Positions 60,875 through 62,032 of a stretch of DNA of 62,032 nt are shown piece by piece. The notes below the pieces were generated by a model. That model ran no database searches, was not told where the DNA came from, and worked only from the letters and a program-made list of their open reading frames with translations. Each line of letters begins with the position of its first letter. Position 1 is the first letter of the stretch. Source of the stretch: an uncultured Acholeplasmataceae bacterium. GTDB taxonomy: Bacteria > Bacillota_I > Bacilli_A > Acholeplasmatales > Acholeplasmataceae. The translations under genes were made by a program, and so were the position numbers. The stretch covers positions 1 through 62,032 of the forward strand of contig CAKMKF010000040.1 of NCBI GenBank assembly GCA_927439925.1, read 5' to 3'.

Positions 60875-61564
60875 ATGCAAAAAATCTTAATCGTTGAAGA
60901 CAATGTACTAATAAGTCGAAGCATTGAATCTAAACTCAAAGAAGAAATGTTTGAAGTTAAAGCCGTATTCAACGGTGAAGACGCAATCAATCAATTCAAT
61001 TCAATCAAGTATGATGCCGTATTACTTGACTTGATGTTACCTATTAAAAGTGGAGAAGAAGTTTTAAAGCATATACGCTCTAAAGGTGATGTACCTGTTA
61101 TTATTATTTCAACGAAAGACACTGATGTTGAAAAAGCAGTGAATTTAGGGCTTGGAGCGGATGACTACCTTGCTAAACCTTTTTCAATGCTTGAGCTTGT
61201 AGCAAGAGTTAAAGCGGTTCTTCGTAGATCTCAGAAATCATTAGAAAAAGATACAAAGACTAAATATGAAGTTAGTAATATTGAAGTGAATTTGAGTAAT
61301 TTCGAGGTTAAGAAAAAAGGGGTTGTTGTTGATCTAACTCTAAAAGAATTTGAGATACTTAAGCTACTTTTAACACATCCAGAACAAACTTTTTCGAAAC
61401 AGCAAATGTATCGAACAGTTTGGGGAGAAGAGTATTATTACAATGATAATGTCATTAACGTTCATATTAGACGACTAAGAGAAAAAATAGAAGATGACCC
61501 TTCAAGTCCGAAGATTGTAATTACAATGTGGGGATTTGGGTATAAACTTGGAGATTTTAGTTAA
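60875..61564 (+). CDS. OmpR-family response regulator (no adjacent kinase)
   Basis: IVED, LDLMLP, GADDYLAKPF, LTLKEF, NVHIRRLREKIE, WGFGY. Confidence 0.93.
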   Translation: MQKILIVEDNVLISRSIESKLKEEMFEVKAVFNGEDAINQFNSIKYDAVLLDLMLPIKSGEEVLKHIRSKGDVPVIIISTKDTDVEKAVNLGLGADDYLAKPFSMLELVARVKAVLRRSQKSLEKDTKTKYEVSNIEVNLSNFEVKKKGVVVDLTLKEFEILKLLLTHPEQTFSKQQMYRTVWGEEYYYNDNVINVHIRRLREKIEDDPSSPKIVITMWGFGYKLGDFS

Positions 61565-61571
61565 TATATTG

Positions 61572-61597
61572 AAGAGCACTTAGGTGTTCTTTTTTTC
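61572..61597 (+). terminator. Rho-independent terminator
   Basis: AAGAGCAC-TTAG-GTGTTCTT followed by T-tract. Confidence 0.8.
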
Positions 61598-61679
61598 TTA
61601 ATATATTCTTAAGAAATAAAAAACTAATTTGATAGAATCTTTTGATAAAATATCCAAGTAGATTGGAGGGGGAATTAAT

Positions 61680-61955
61680 ATGGATGCATTAACCATTCCA
61701 TGGGCGTTTTATATGAAATATGAAAAAAACAAAAAAGAGATGACAATCTTCTTTTCTAATCGAATGAAGCAAATGATGGAATTATCTTTGGATTCTATGT
61801 CCTTTTCAGAAGATGATTTAAAAGAATTTATTCATAAATATGATCAAAGAAAACTTGATTACTTTTCAAATCAAAAAATTAACGGACCTTTTAATATTGT
61901 TTGGCATATTGAAATGCTCTTGTTCAAGAACACGAAAACCTCTTTTTCTAAGTAA
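61680..61955 (+). CDS. Hypothetical protein (C-terminus possibly not native)
   Basis: Strong GGAGG RBS; last 90 nt overlap an antisense coding fragment. Confidence 0.55.
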   Translation: MDALTIPWAFYMKYEKNKKEMTIFFSNRMKQMMELSLDSMSFSEDDLKEFIHKYDQRKLDYFSNQKINGPFNIVWHIEMLLFKNTKTSFSK

Positions 61956-62030
61956 TCTAGCACCATATGCTGCACCATCACCGGAGTACATCATTTGCGT
62001 GCAAAAAACAAATCCTCTTTTATCCGTACG
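61866..62030 (-). pseudogene. Fragment of flavodoxin-like domain (EFR1-type flavodoxin/ferredoxin), apparently truncated
   Basis: Minus frame entering from the window end: RTDKRGFVFCTQMMYSGDGAAYGARLLRKRGFRVLEQEHFNMPNNIKRSVNFLI*; stops 8 codons after MPNNI. Confidence 0.5.
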
Positions 62031-62032
62031 AA

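Noticed and set aside
1-62032. Mycoplasma-type genetic code (TGA=Trp), mobile elements or defence systems
   Set aside because: Several genes end in TGA at coupled ATGA junctions and conserved Trp residues use TGG; no transposase, integrase, phage or defence motifs were recognised.

Overview
AT-rich bacterial chromosomal window using the standard genetic code (TGA terminates genes, Trp is TGG). Gene content and style suggest an Acholeplasmatales/Izemoplasmatales-type member of the Bacillota lineage (inference). In order, it contains: the 3' end of an AraC-type regulator; an FMN-riboswitch-controlled ribE-ribBA-ribH operon lacking ribD; a TetR gene followed by an atoDAEB short-chain fatty acid/acetoacetate operon; an orphan XRE regulator; a stand-alone RsmH paralogue; a prenyltransferase-like/SH3 fusion; a permuted NlpC/P60 protein; a copper cluster (csoR-copB-copZ-like, SHOCT, CueP, two-component system); and several housekeeping genes. 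Most of ~19.4-60.5 kb is a large beta-1,3-glucan (laminarin-type) utilisation locus. It has three GH16 enzymes, a GH30, a GH94 laminaribiose-type and a GH161 glucan phosphorylase, and two large non-catalytic Ig/CBM4 lipoproteins. It also has a surface DUF1080-GDPD enzyme, a double ABC importer with an NHL-TPR-Yip1 protein and DUF5696, and two paralogous LacI regulators whose probable operator occurs in pairs at three promoters. Directly downstream is an unannotated ~120-nt candidate sRNA with anti-Shine-Dalgarno/C-rich loops. The window ends in a suspicious head-to-head junction of two apparently truncated genes. No rRNA, tRNA, CRISPR array or transposase was seen. All family calls come from motif recognition by eye, not from database searches.
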